The notes beneath the pieces were generated by a model. The model worked only from the letters and a program-made list of their open reading frames with translations. It did no database searches and was not told the origin of the DNA. Below are positions 1-11,570 of a DNA stretch of 64,000 nt, one piece after another. The DNA is from a bacterium. Lineage in GTDB: Bacteria > Krumholzibacteriota > Krumholzibacteriia > LZORAL124-64-63. The position numbers and the translations under genes are program-made. Numbering within the stretch: position 1 is the stretch's first letter; every line of letters begins with the position of its first letter. The stretch lies in assembly GCA_031441465.1 (NCBI GenBank), contig JANOEP010000011.1, forward strand, positions 32,001 through 96,000. The letters run 5' to 3'.

Positions 1-201
1 GGTCGCCAGCGTCTGCAGGGCGGGGTCGTCGACGACAACGCCGCCGGCCGCCTTGGCGACCACGGGCCGGTAGCCGGGCTCGAGTTCCAGCACCATGCGG
101 CCCGGAATGTAGCCGGCGAAGCTGTCCGCCAGGGCTGCGACGGGGACCAGGACGGTCGTGGCGGCCAGGGCCACCCAGACGGTCAACGCGAGTCTCTTCA
201 T
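1..201 (-). CDS. Partial secreted protein (N-terminus only), possibly an S8 peptidase prodomain
   Basis: ATG at 201 after a GAGG-type RBS; reads MKRLALTVWVALAATTVLVPVAALADSFAGYIPGRMVLEL (signal peptide, YxPG motif); runs off the left edge. Confidence 0.5.
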   Translation of the reverse strand, partial: MKRLALTVWVALAATTVLVPVAALADSFAGYIPGRMVLELEPGYRPVVAKAAGGVVVDDPALQTLAT

Positions 202-340
202 GATGGACGCGTCCTCTCTGATGGGTCATCCTCGAGCGGGTTGCGGCAGGTGCTGGACCTGACCGCATGATGATAGTCAAATCCGGTTGATTGTTCAACA
301 CGGGCGGCCCCGGCGCGGCCCGGCGGGAGGTCGGCGGGCG

Positions 341-1474
341 TTGCGCATCGCGTTCCTGGAGCCCTACGACGGCGGGTCCCACCGGGCCTTCCGCGAGGGG
401 CTGACCGACCACTCGCGGCACGAGATCCGGTCCTGGACCCTGCCGCCGCGGTTCTGGAAGTGGCGCATGAGGGGCGCCGCGCCGTGGTTCGCCGACCGTC
501 TGCGCGAGGACGCCCCGGCCTGCGACCTGCTGCTGGCGACCGACTACCTGAACGTTGCCGATCTGCGCGGCCTGCTGCCGCCGCCCCTGGACCGCGCGCC
601 GCTCGTGCTCTACATGCACGAGAATCAGCTGACGTACCCGCTGTCGCCCGACGAGACCTTCGACTTCCACTTCGGCTTCACCAACATCGTGAGCTGCCTG
701 GCGGCGGACTGCGTGGTGTTCAACTCGGAGTACCACCGCTCCCTGTTCCTGGACGCGTTGCCCGACTACCTGGCCCGCATGCCCGAGGCGGTGCCCAAGG
801 GGATCCGCGAGCGGCTCGCGGCCCGCAGTCGCGTGTTGCCGGTCGGGATCGCGCGGTCGCCGCATCCGGCGGACGCCTTCGCCCCCTACCTCGGCGGGCG
901 CTGCGACCCCGGCCTGGGTCCCGGCTGGCCCCGCGACGGGCGCGAGCACGTGATCCTGTGGAACCACCGCTGGGAGTTCGACAAGCGGCCCGAGATGTTC
1001 GTCCGCGCGCTGCTGCGCCTGGCGGAGCGCGGCTCGGCGTTCCGCCTGCTGCTGCTGGGCGAGCCGCGGCAGCAGGAAGCGGTCTTCGCCCCGCTGCGCG
1101 AACGTCTGGGTGAGCGTATCCTGGCTTGGGGCGAGCAGGACCGGGCGGCCTACCAGACCTGCCTGGCTAGGGCCGACATCGTGGTCAGCTGCGCGGCCCA
1201 GGAGTACTTCGGCATCGCCGTGGCCGAGGCCGTCCACGCCGGCTGCTACCCGGTCCTGCCGCGCGAGCAGGTGTACCCGTCCCTCTACGGCGCGCGTTGC
1301 CGCGGCCGTCACCTCTACGACGGGGAAGAGGGGTTGGTCGGCCTGCTGGACGCCCTGCTCACGGGCGACGGGTGCGGCCACGTCTGCTCGTTGCCGATGG
1401 ACGCCGACGCCTTCTGCTGGGAGCGCCTGGCGCCGCGTTTCGACACCCTTTTCGAGGAGATCCTCAGCAGATGA
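341..1474 (+). CDS. DUF3524/GT4-like glycosyltransferase (GTDC1/QTMAN-like)
   Basis: LEPYDGGSH, WKWRMRG, YMHENQLTYP, WNHRWEFDK and QEYFGIAVAEA motifs; TTG start after GGAGG. Confidence 0.85.
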   Translation: MRIAFLEPYDGGSHRAFREGLTDHSRHEIRSWTLPPRFWKWRMRGAAPWFADRLREDAPACDLLLATDYLNVADLRGLLPPPLDRAPLVLYMHENQLTYPLSPDETFDFHFGFTNIVSCLAADCVVFNSEYHRSLFLDALPDYLARMPEAVPKGIRERLAARSRVLPVGIARSPHPADAFAPYLGGRCDPGLGPGWPRDGREHVILWNHRWEFDKRPEMFVRALLRLAERGSAFRLLLLGEPRQQEAVFAPLRERLGERILAWGEQDRAAYQTCLARADIVVSCAAQEYFGIAVAEAVHAGCYPVLPREQVYPSLYGARCRGRHLYDGEEGLVGLLDALLTGDGCGHVCSLPMDADAFCWERLAPRFDTLFEEILSR

Positions 1475-2301
1475 CCGCCGCCCGCCTCTACACGAGCCTG
1501 CTGCTGGACGTCGAGGGCGTGCTCGTGCGCGACAAGAGCTGCGTGCCCGTGCCGGGCGCCCCGTCCTGGTTCGCCGGGATCGTCGCCCGCGGCACGCCCT
1601 ACTGCCTGGTGAGCAACAACACGACCCACCCGCCGGCCGTGCTGGCGGCCGCGCTCCGGGAGGCCGGCTTCGACGCCGACGAGGCGCGCCTGGTGACGGC
1701 GCTGGGACTCGGCGCGCGGCTGCTGTCGTCCTGGGGCAAGCGCCGGCTGCTGTGGCTGGGGACCGCCGACCTGGAGGGCTGGTGGCGCGACGCCGGCTTC
1801 GAGCTGGTGCGCGACGGCGCCTGCGACGCGGTGGTCCTGGGCGCGAATCCGGCCCTCACGACCGGGGATCTCGAGTCGGCCCTGCCCGCTCTGGTCGACG
1901 GGGGAGCCGAACTGGTCGCCCTGCACCGCGGTCTCTTCTACCTGGACGCCGCGGGGCGCCGGCGCTTCGGGCCGGGGTTCTACGCCGCGGCCCTGGAGCA
2001 GGCGGCGGCACACCCGGCGGTGGTGATCGGCAAACCGCAGGCGCGGATCTACCGGCGGGCCCTGGAAATCATTGGCGGCGCGCCCGGCGACGCGTTATTT
2101 ATCTCTGACGATCCCGTCGCCGACCTCGTCACCGCCAAGCGCCTGGGGATGGGGACGGCTTTCGTGCTTTCCGGGAAACACGCCGACTGCGGCGTCCTGG
2201 GCCGCCTGGACCAGGAAGACTGGCCGGACCTGATCGTCGATTCGCTGGCCGACCTGGAACCGCCCATCCCCGCCGCTCCGCAGGAGGACGCGCGTCCGTG
2301 A
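1471..2301 (+). CDS. HAD-IIA family hydrolase (NagD-like)
   Basis: LLDVEGVL motif I, SNN, IGKP, SDDPVAD; ATGA overlap with the upstream stop. Confidence 0.85.
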   Translation: MTAARLYTSLLLDVEGVLVRDKSCVPVPGAPSWFAGIVARGTPYCLVSNNTTHPPAVLAAALREAGFDADEARLVTALGLGARLLSSWGKRRLLWLGTADLEGWWRDAGFELVRDGACDAVVLGANPALTTGDLESALPALVDGGAELVALHRGLFYLDAAGRRRFGPGFYAAALEQAAAHPAVVIGKPQARIYRRALEIIGGAPGDALFISDDPVADLVTAKRLGMGTAFVLSGKHADCGVLGRLDQEDWPDLIVDSLADLEPPIPAAPQEDARP

Positions 2302-3185
2302 ACACCCCGACCAACGACCAGGACCTCAAGCGCTTCGGGCAGCTGACGCTGACGGCCTGGGAGTTGGAGCACGCCCTGGACAACGTCGAGCCCGATCCCG
2401 AGCTGGAGACGCAGCCCCCCCGGCCGGCCCGCGCCGCGTCGATGGCCCTGCGCGCCCACGCCCGTCTGCAGGGCGAGATGGAGACGCGCCAGGGAGTGCC
2501 GAAGGAACGCCGCACCCGCATCGGCATCCAGCCGGAGGTCGACGAGAGCGTGCTGCTGGTCCACGGTTCGACCGGAACGCCGCAGGACCTCGACGGCCTG
2601 GCCCGCTTCCTCCACGGCCAGGGTTACACCGTCTACAACATGCTGTTGCCGGGCCACGGCCTCGAGGCCACGACCCTGCCGGTGGTGAAGTGGAAGGCCT
2701 GCTTGAACGAGGTGCAGCTGCGTTACCGCCTGCTCGCCCGCCACAGCCGGCTGGTCCACGTCGTGGGCTTCAGCTTCGGCGGCGCCATGGCGATCCTGCT
2801 CACGCGGCAGGAGCAGCCGGCCTCGCTGTCGCTGTTCGCCCCGGCCCTGGTGCCGCGCGTGCCGTTCGGCACGCGCCTGCTGATGATGCTGGGCCTGCAC
2901 CGCTTGCCGATGCTGCGCCGGCGGATCGGCTGGAACCTCGAGGTTTTCGAGGCGATGGAACGCGCCAAGTCCCAGATCGGCAAGCTGCGCCTGCCGATCT
3001 ACGCGGCGCACTGCCAGGACGACGTCCGCATCGACCCCGCGTCGCTGCGGCTGCTGCAGAAGCGGACGCGGCACCGCGCCTCGCGCTTCCGCCTGTTCAA
3101 GACGGGCGGCCACATGATCCTCGCGGCCCACGGCGAGACGACGCTCAACGACGCCCTGCTGCAGTTCCTCCGCGACCGGCACTGA
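2298..3185 (+). CDS. Alpha/beta hydrolase (carboxylesterase-like)
   Basis: LLVHG, LPGHG, nucleophile motif GFSFGG, C-terminal GH; GTGA overlap. Confidence 0.85.
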   Translation: MNTPTNDQDLKRFGQLTLTAWELEHALDNVEPDPELETQPPRPARAASMALRAHARLQGEMETRQGVPKERRTRIGIQPEVDESVLLVHGSTGTPQDLDGLARFLHGQGYTVYNMLLPGHGLEATTLPVVKWKACLNEVQLRYRLLARHSRLVHVVGFSFGGAMAILLTRQEQPASLSLFAPALVPRVPFGTRLLMMLGLHRLPMLRRRIGWNLEVFEAMERAKSQIGKLRLPIYAAHCQDDVRIDPASLRLLQKRTRHRASRFRLFKTGGHMILAAHGETTLNDALLQFLRDRH

Positions 3186-3309
3186 CGCCCGCCTCACCCG
3201 CGGCGGGCGCGCAGGCCGCGACCTTCCCGATTGCACATTGCACGGCGCCGGCGGTCCCGCCGCCGCCCCCTTCTTCCCCGGCGTTCCCCGCAATGGCGTC
3301 TGCTGCCCT

Positions 3310-3337
3310 GTTTCCCGGGGTTTCCCGCCGTTTCCCG
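3310..3337 (+). repeat. Three direct GTTTCCCG repeats with 10-bp period (candidate operator)
   Basis: Copies start at 3310, 3320 and 3330, upstream of the HTH gene. Confidence 0.6.
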
Positions 3338-3439
3338 TGAGGGAGGGGTATGACTGCGGGCGGCACGGGAGTTGCTTGCCTGCCCGGTACACCGATGCGG
3401 GTCCCGCCCGCACCCGTCCCGAATAAGGAGCACAGCAAC

Positions 3440-3664
3440 ATGAACGACACCCGTGATCACGGCACCGCCACCATCTACATCGGCGCGGAGGAGACGTCCA
3501 ACCAGGTGCTGACCTCGGTCGAGGCCGCGGGGTACCTGAAGATGCACGTCAAGACGGTGTGCCGCCTGGCCAAGGAAGGGAAAATCCCCGCCAAGAAGGT
3601 CGGCAGCGAGTGGCGGTTCCTGCGGCGCGTGCTCGACGGCTGGCTCGCGAAGGAAATGGTCTGA
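3440..3664 (+). CDS. Excisionase/BldC-like helix-turn-helix DNA-binding protein
   Basis: LTSVEAAGYLKMHVKTVCRLAKEGKIPAKKVGSEWRF fits the HTH_17 pattern; AAGGAG RBS. Confidence 0.85.
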   Translation: MNDTRDHGTATIYIGAEETSNQVLTSVEAAGYLKMHVKTVCRLAKEGKIPAKKVGSEWRFLRRVLDGWLAKEMV

Positions 3665-3665
3665 C

Positions 3666-4583
3666 ATGCCCGTTCGGTTCCAGACACTGCCGGAGCCTCG
3701 CGCCGGTGTCGCGGCCCTGCGCCTCGACGGCGCCGTCGCGCGCGGCGATCACCGGCGATTCGCGGACGCGGTCGGGGTCTGCCTAGGCGCCGGTGCGAAC
3801 GCGCTGGTGCTGGAACTGTCGGACCTCAACTCGATCAACGAGGAACTTGCGGCGGAGATCGCCCTGCTGCTGCGGCGGCTGTCCGACGCGGGCACGCCGG
3901 CGGCCGTCGTCGGCGCCAGTGTCGTGGTCGGGTGGTTCCTGCGACGCCGGCTCGGCGAGCCGCCGGTGCGCGAGTACGCGACCGTCGACGAGGCCGTCGC
4001 GGCCATCGCGGCGGGCGCGGATCCATCCCCCGCCACGGCCGCGACGGTGCGAACTCAACACTCGCTCGCGGCGTTGTCCGGATTCCTCGATGTCCTCGGC
4101 GGCAGCGACTCCTCGGCCGAGTGGATCGAAGCCCTGACCGGGCTGCTGCGTCGCCATGGGTTGGGCCAGGATGCGCACCTGTTGCGTTGTGAAGGCGACC
4201 GGCTGGTTCTGGACGGACACCTCGACGCGCTCGCGGACGCGGGCGGACGTCTGGGGCTGCTGCTCGCGGCCGCCGAGGCGCCCCTGACGCTGCACGAGTT
4301 GGGTGTCGTGGACCTGCCGAAGCGCGAGCAGACCTTCCTGCGCTGGAGCGGCGCCGATGTCGTGGTGCCCCTGAAAGCGGCCGGCAGGCTGCAGGGCGCC
4401 CTGTTCGTGCGCTCGGGCCAGGACGGCGGCCTTTTCACCTACCGACCGGGCGAGCTGTTCGGGCTGGGCCTGCTCGGTTGCCTGATCGCCGGGCGCCTCG
4501 CGCAGCTGTCGCCGGTTCCCCCCGTCGCCGAACCTGCTGATTTCGCCGAAGTTGACGCCGAAGCCGTGCTCGTCGGCGCCTGA
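3666..4583 (+). CDS. STAS (anti-sigma antagonist-like) domain protein with possible GAF-like C-terminus
   Basis: LRLDGAV..LVLELSDLNSI..YATVDEA STAS-like N-terminus; VVVPL..GALFV GAF-like segment. Confidence 0.6.
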   Translation: MPVRFQTLPEPRAGVAALRLDGAVARGDHRRFADAVGVCLGAGANALVLELSDLNSINEELAAEIALLLRRLSDAGTPAAVVGASVVVGWFLRRRLGEPPVREYATVDEAVAAIAAGADPSPATAATVRTQHSLAALSGFLDVLGGSDSSAEWIEALTGLLRRHGLGQDAHLLRCEGDRLVLDGHLDALADAGGRLGLLLAAAEAPLTLHELGVVDLPKREQTFLRWSGADVVVPLKAAGRLQGALFVRSGQDGGLFTYRPGELFGLGLLGCLIAGRLAQLSPVPPVAEPADFAEVDAEAVLVGA

Positions 4584-4754
4584 AGCGACGGTCTCGTCCA
4601 TGTCGCGGGACACGACTTTCCGGGTTACACCTCCGTAAATCCTTGCCCCCCAATATGATCACGCAGCTGTCACCCTAGGGTACCACCGGGGTTGTCACTG
4701 TGTCGGCCATCGTTGACGACCCTCCGTTCGGCGTTCTGTCACCAAGGAACATGG

Positions 4755-4810
4755 TATCAACAGTTTGCGTCGTGGGTGGCGGACCGGGGCCTCCTGGAGG
4801 CGTCCTTGCA
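4755..4810 (+). promoter_or_regulatory. IHF site plus sigma54-type -24/-12 promoter
   Basis: TATCAACAGTTTG (4755-4767) matches WATCAANNNNTTR; TGGAGGCGTCCTTGCA (4795-4810) has GG-N10-GC. Confidence 0.5.
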
Positions 4811-4948
4811 GGAGCCGGGCGGGGGCGGTTGAGCGGGGCTGGGAGGACTCGCGAAGCCGCACGGCCTCAACCGGCGGGAGAGAGGGCGCCTCAGCTCTCC
4901 CGCCGGTGGCCACCCCGCCGAGGCGAAGCAACCTGTGGGGGGACGCGC

Positions 4949-5359
4949 ATGACGACCAAGGAAGTGAGGGGTTGTCTCGAGGCGGCGCTGGCGGGCACGC
5001 GCCGGCGGCTGCGCAGGGCCGGCGTGAACCTGGACGACTGGGGCCTGAACGAGCGGCCGCGGGAATGGGCGCTCTGGCTCGAGTGCCGCAACGACGAGCA
5101 AGCCGGACCTGGGTGCCGCCACCGTCCCGGCGATCCGCAGCGGTGCGGGCCGCCAGTCTGGCGCGCCGCCGCCGTCTGGCCGCGGACCCCGCGCGCGGGC
5201 CGGCGGCACGCTCTGGCGGCGCTGGCGCAGGTGTTGGCGGAGGTTGCGCTGTTGAGCGGCAAGGGGGCGGCGCTGTGGCGCGAGGAAGGAGCGGGATCTA
5301 CCCGGGCTGGGCCGGCGCCGTCTCGACGCGCTCGCGCCCCTTCGAGGCGATGCGGTTGA
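4949..5359 (+). CDS. Hypothetical protein (uncertain)
   Basis: ATG after a G-rich RBS; no recognisable motif; overlaps the 3' end of cdaA. Confidence 0.3.
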   Translation: MTTKEVRGCLEAALAGTRRRLRRAGVNLDDWGLNERPREWALWLECRNDEQAGPGCRHRPGDPQRCGPPVWRAAAVWPRTPRAGRRHALAALAQVLAEVALLSGKGAALWREEGAGSTRAGPAPSRRARAPSRRCG

Positions 5360-6089
5360 GTTCGGCGGTCAGATCCTCGACCGACAGGCCTCGCCGGATC
5401 TCGCCGGCGTGGGCCAGGGAGATGGCGCGCGTCTCCTCGGAAACGACGATGACCGCCGCGTCGGACACCTCGCTCAGACCGATGGCGGCGCGGTGGCGGG
5501 TGCCCAGGACGTAGCCCAGTTCGGAGCGCTCGGTGTTCGGCAGGATGCAGGACGCGGCGACGATCTTGTCCTGGCTGATCACGACGGCCCCGTCGTGCAG
5601 GGGGCCGGGCACGGTGAAGATCGACTCGAGCAGCTCGCACGAGATGTCCGCGTTGAGCGTCGTGCCGGTCTTGGCCCAGCGTCCGAGGCTGATCTCGCGC
5701 TCCAGCACGATCAGGGCGCCGAGGCCGCGGCGCGCGAGGCGTTCCACGGCGTGGACGATCTCCTGCTGGGCGGGGATCTCTTCCGGCGCGGCGAAGAACA
5801 TGATCCCGCGGCGACGCCCCAGGTAGGTCAGGGCCGTGCGCAGCTCCGGCTGGAAGATGATGATGAAGGCCACGACCCAGACCGTCTGCAGAGAATCGAG
5901 GATCTGCTGGACGACGACCATGCCGATGCGCTCGGCGATCCAGGACAGCACCGCGAGCAGGCCGAGGCCGACGAACATCTGCGTCGCGCGCGTGCCGCGC
6001 ACCAGCAGGAGCAGGCGGTAGAGCAGGAACGCCACGATCAGGATGTCGAGGATGTCGATGATCAGGGAGTCGGCCAGGAACTTCAGCAT
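5298..6089 (-). CDS. cdaA: Diadenylate cyclase
   Basis: Three N-terminal TM helices; FQPELR, LHDGA, GTRHRAA and VSEE motifs. Confidence 0.93.
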   Translation of the reverse strand: MLKFLADSLIIDILDILIVAFLLYRLLLLVRGTRATQMFVGLGLLAVLSWIAERIGMVVVQQILDSLQTVWVVAFIIIFQPELRTALTYLGRRRGIMFFAAPEEIPAQQEIVHAVERLARRGLGALIVLEREISLGRWAKTGTTLNADISCELLESIFTVPGPLHDGAVVISQDKIVAASCILPNTERSELGYVLGTRHRAAIGLSEVSDAAVIVVSEETRAISLAHAGEIRRGLSVEDLTAELNRIASKGRERVETAPAQPG

Positions 6090-6159
6090 CGGTTCATCCC
6101 GGTGTCCGGGCCCGCGAGTGTGAGGTCGGAGCGCAGCATAGCAGCCGATCGCCGCCGGC

Positions 6160-7013
6160 TCAACGCCGTTCTCCCGCGGCGGCGATCGCCGCCAGGACCT
6201 CCAGCATCTGCACCGTCTCGGCCACGTCGTGGACCCTGACCGCGGCGGCGCCGGCCGCGAACGCGATCGCCGCCGCGGCCAGGCTGCCCGGCAGGCGTTG
6301 CTCCACGGGCGCGCCGGTGATGTCCGCGATGAACGACTTGCGCGACGCGCCGATCAGCGCCGGATGCCCGCCCGTCGCCTCGCGCACCCGCGCGAGCAGG
6401 GCCAGGTTGTGGCCGAGGTCCTTGCCGAAGCCGAGGCCGGGGTCGACCAGCAGCCGCGCCGGCGCCACGCCGGCGGCCAGCGCCGCGCGGACGCGCTCCT
6501 CGAGGTGGGCCGCCACCTCGGCGACGACGTCGCCGTAGCGCGGGTCCGCCTGCATGGTCGCGGGAGTGCCCTGCATGTGCATCAGCACCAGGCCGCAGCC
6601 CGCGGCGGCCGCCAGCGGCAGCAGTCCGGGGTCGCCGCGTCCGGCGGTGATGTCGTTCAAACCGTCGGCCCCGGCGTCCAGGGCGGCCCGGGCGGTGTCG
6701 GCGCGCCAGGTGTCCACGGTCAGGGGCACCGCGACGCGGCGGCGGACGGCGGCCAGGGCGGGCAGCAGGCGGGCGCGCTCGGCGTCGCCGTCGGCGGGCG
6801 TCGAGCCGGGCCGCGAGGATTCCGCGCCGAGGTCGAGCAGGTCGGCGCCGGCGGCGACCAGGGCCTCGGCGCGCCGCGCGGCCTCTTCGGCGCCGTCGGC
6901 GCGCGAGGCCGGGAAGAACGAATCCGGGGTCAGGTTCACCACCCCCATGACCAGGGGGCGGCGGCCGTAGTCCAGCGTCGCGCGGCCGAGATCCCAGACG
7001 CGCGGCGCGGCGG

Positions 7014-7017
<4 letters not shown>
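6160..7017 (-). CDS. folP: Dihydropteroate synthase
   Basis: MGVVNLTPDSF, ESSRPG, DPGLGFGK, SRKSF, RVHDV. Confidence 0.95.
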
Positions 7018-9017
<2,000 letters not shown>

Positions 9018-9066
9018 GGGTCTCCATTCGCGCGAGGTGCGCCGGCGCCCGGGTGGCCGCCGGCGG

Positions 9067-10521
9067 TCATGGGAGGGCCGTATCGCCCGTCACTTCTCTT
9101 CCGTATCGGACCAGGAGTGTAACCGCGTCGAGGGTGGTCGGCAACAGCCGGGTCCGCTCGTCCCGAACCAGCCCGACGACCCAGAACGGCCCCGCCTCGT
9201 CCGCGGCGACCAGCACCCGCGCCCGCTCCGGCAGCGGCACGCGCATCTGCTGCAGCAGGTCGCCGACCTTGCGCCGGCCGGTCATCCCGAACGGCTTCAG
9301 CCGATCGCCGGGCCGCCACGGCCGGACGAGGGGCGCGCCGCGCAGGGCGGATCCCGGGCAGGTCAGCCGCCAGCCGTCCAGCGGCGGGGCCGTGCCCGCC
9401 GGCTCGGGGTCGCGCGCCGCCGCCTCGGCGGGCGTCGCCGCCCGCACCGTCAGCACCGCCGCCGGGGTCGGGCCGTCGCCGCCGGCGGCGGCGGGCGGAT
9501 CGAAGCACAGGCGGTCGAAGTCGCGCCGCGCGCGCCACCCCCCGAGCAGGTCGACCTCGGCTCCGGAGCGACTCGCGCCCAGCCAGTCCAGCAGGCGAAC
9601 GACGTGGACGCGGTCCAGATCGAGACCGCATTCCCCGCGCAGGTGCCGGCGCAGCGCCCGCGCCGCCAGTGGGCCGGGCAGGGCCGCCAGCGCCGCGACC
9701 GGCAGGGTGCCGTCGGGCCGCCCCCGCCGCAGCGCGCGCAGGGCCGCGGCGGACTGGGTCTCCAGTTCAGCGGCGTCGTCCCGCAGCAGGGCCGCCAGGC
9801 GGGCCGGCGTCGTCGCCGCGCCGGCGCCGAAGATGTCCCGCGCCAGCGGCAGCAACTCGCGCCGCACGCGGCCGCGCACGTTGCTGGCGTCGTCGTTGGT
9901 CGCGTCGCGCCGCCAGGGCTGCCCGAGGGCGGCGAGCCAGGCCTCGATCTCGGCGCGGCCGCACCCCAGCAGGGGGTGGATGAAGCGGCCGGCGCGCGGC
10001 CGGATCCCCTGCAGGCCTTCGGGACCCGTTCCGCGGAACAGGCGCATCACGACGGTCTCGGCCTGGTCGTCGCGCTGGTGGCCGGTGGCGCAGGCGGCCA
10101 GCGTCGGCCGCGTGTCCAGGACGCCGGTCAGGAACGCCCGGCGGGCCGCGCGCGCCGCCTCCTCGAGGCCGCGCCCCCGCGAGGCGGCGGCGGGCCGGGG
10201 GTCTTCCCGCTTCAGGTGCAGCGGGACGTCGAGGTCGCGGCAGAGGTCGCGGCAGAACCCGGCGTCGGCGTCGGCGTCGGCGCCGCGCAGTGCGTGGTCG
10301 AGGTGGGCGGCCTCCACGGGCGCGCCGCTCCGCTCGCGGTGCAGCACGGCCAGCCGCAGCAGCGCGGTCGAGTCCGCGCCGCCGGACAGGGCGACCAATA
10401 CTCCCGGAGTCACGCCCGGCGCGCCGGCCGCCTCGCCGTTGCGAGCGGCGGCGCGCAGCAGGCGCGCGAGCTCGGGCAGCGCGCGCGCGGGGAAGGCCGT
10501 CAGGATGCGCTCGGTTGTCAT
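9067..10521 (-). CDS. tilS: tRNA(Ile)-lysidine synthetase
   Basis: SGGADS, HQRDDQAET, C-terminal PGDR..RRKV domain. Confidence 0.93.
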   Translation of the reverse strand: MTTERILTAFPARALPELARLLRAAARNGEAAGAPGVTPGVLVALSGGADSTALLRLAVLHRERSGAPVEAAHLDHALRGADADADAGFCRDLCRDLDVPLHLKREDPRPAAASRGRGLEEAARAARRAFLTGVLDTRPTLAACATGHQRDDQAETVVMRLFRGTGPEGLQGIRPRAGRFIHPLLGCGRAEIEAWLAALGQPWRRDATNDDASNVRGRVRRELLPLARDIFGAGAATTPARLAALLRDDAAELETQSAAALRALRRGRPDGTLPVAALAALPGPLAARALRRHLRGECGLDLDRVHVVRLLDWLGASRSGAEVDLLGGWRARRDFDRLCFDPPAAAGGDGPTPAAVLTVRAATPAEAAARDPEPAGTAPPLDGWRLTCPGSALRGAPLVRPWRPGDRLKPFGMTGRRKVGDLLQQMRVPLPERARVLVAADEAGPFWVVGLVRDERTRLLPTTLDAVTLLVRYGREVTGDTALP

Positions 10522-10559
10522 GGGGGGCCGTCGGCGAGGGCCGGGGGCGAAAAAAAGGA

Positions 10560-10636
10560 TGGTAGCGGCTCAGGGATTCGAACCCCGGACACACGGATTA
10601 TGATTCCGTTGCTCTAACCAACTGAGCTAAGCCGCC
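10560..10636 (-). tRNA. tRNA-Met(CAT), probably elongator
   Basis: GGCGGCTTAGCTCAGTTGGTTAGAGC...ACGGA ATCATAA TCCGT...GGTTCGAATCC...ACCA; 77 nt cloverleaf. Confidence 0.93.
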
Positions 10637-10697
10637 ACCATGACTTCTGCTTTTCGTTCTTCTGCGTCGAAGGCTCGGACTCCGTCCGAGGACCACC

Positions 10698-10726
10698 AAT
10701 TTATAGTCGCGCCCCGCCGGTGTCAA
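10698..10726 (-). promoter_or_regulatory. Sigma70 promoter for the tRNA-Met/tilS cluster
   Basis: TTGACA then TATAAATT (15-17 nt spacer) on the minus strand. Confidence 0.7.
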
Positions 10727-10847
10727 GACGCCGCCCCGCCGCCTGCTCGCCCCTTGACGGCGGGCCGACCCTGGGCGACCATCGGCCCCGACGCCGTCGG
10801 GAGGGTCCGGCGGCGCGACGGGAGCAGGCTGCCAGGGGAGGCCGGGC

Positions 10848-11543
10848 ATGAGCGATACCATCGGCAAGAGATTCCTGACCATCGTCACCAACCCGGTCGC
10901 GGCCATGGCCGAGGTGAAGGAGAATCCGCGCTGGGTGATCGCCGCCTTGGCGGTGGCGCTCATGATCGGGCTGTTCTCCGCCGCCACGCTGCAGATCACG
11001 GGCCCGGAACAGCTGGACGTCATGAGGGACACCAAGTTCGGCCAGATGATGCCCGAGGAGGACCTGGCCGAGATGTACGCGAAGTACGAGGCGCCGACCA
11101 CCTCCGCGCGCGTGATCCAGGGCGTCCAGAGCGGCGTCGGGGCCGCCGTGATGCTGTTCATCATGGCCCTGATCTACCTGCTGTTCTGCAGGCTCGCCGG
11201 CGGGAGGGGCACCCTGATCCAGACGGCCGCGGTGGTCTACTGGTCCTCGGTGGTCAGCCTCGGTCTGGCGTCGCTGGTCAAGTGGCCCCTGGTGCTGGCC
11301 AAGGGCTCCTCCCTGGGCGTGGCGATCGGACCGGCGGTGTTCGTGGCCGACCGGGGGCCCACGGACGCCCTGGTCCAGCTCCTGTCCATCTTCGACCTGT
11401 TCACCGTCTGGGGCGTGCTGCTGATGGTGATCGGCCTGGGCCAAGTTCATGATTTCGCACGCAACAAGGCGACCACCGTCGTCGTAACCACATGGTTGTT
11501 CCTGAGCCTGGTGCTGTTCGGCATCGGCCGGCTCTTTCTCTAG
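10848..11543 (+). CDS. YIP1 family membrane protein (YknW-like)
   Basis: About five hydrophobic helices; first gene of a MacAB-type cluster. Confidence 0.75.
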   Translation: MSDTIGKRFLTIVTNPVAAMAEVKENPRWVIAALAVALMIGLFSAATLQITGPEQLDVMRDTKFGQMMPEEDLAEMYAKYEAPTTSARVIQGVQSGVGAAVMLFIMALIYLLFCRLAGGRGTLIQTAAVVYWSSVVSLGLASLVKWPLVLAKGSSLGVAIGPAVFVADRGPTDALVQLLSIFDLFTVWGVLLMVIGLGQVHDFARNKATTVVVTTWLFLSLVLFGIGRLFL

Positions 11544-11570
11544 TCGTCCGGTGCGTGACGGGAGGCATCC

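Noticed and set aside
3440..3664. Prophage or ICE suggested by the excisionase-like gene and the holin-like domain at 26703
   Set aside because: No integrase, att duplication or phage structural genes in the window
4840..4875. Resemblance to a c-di-GMP-I or c-di-AMP riboswitch near cdaA
   Set aside because: Only loose similarity; the GNRA tetraloop P2 arm and ydaO consensus are not evident, so kept only as a generic structured RNA candidate
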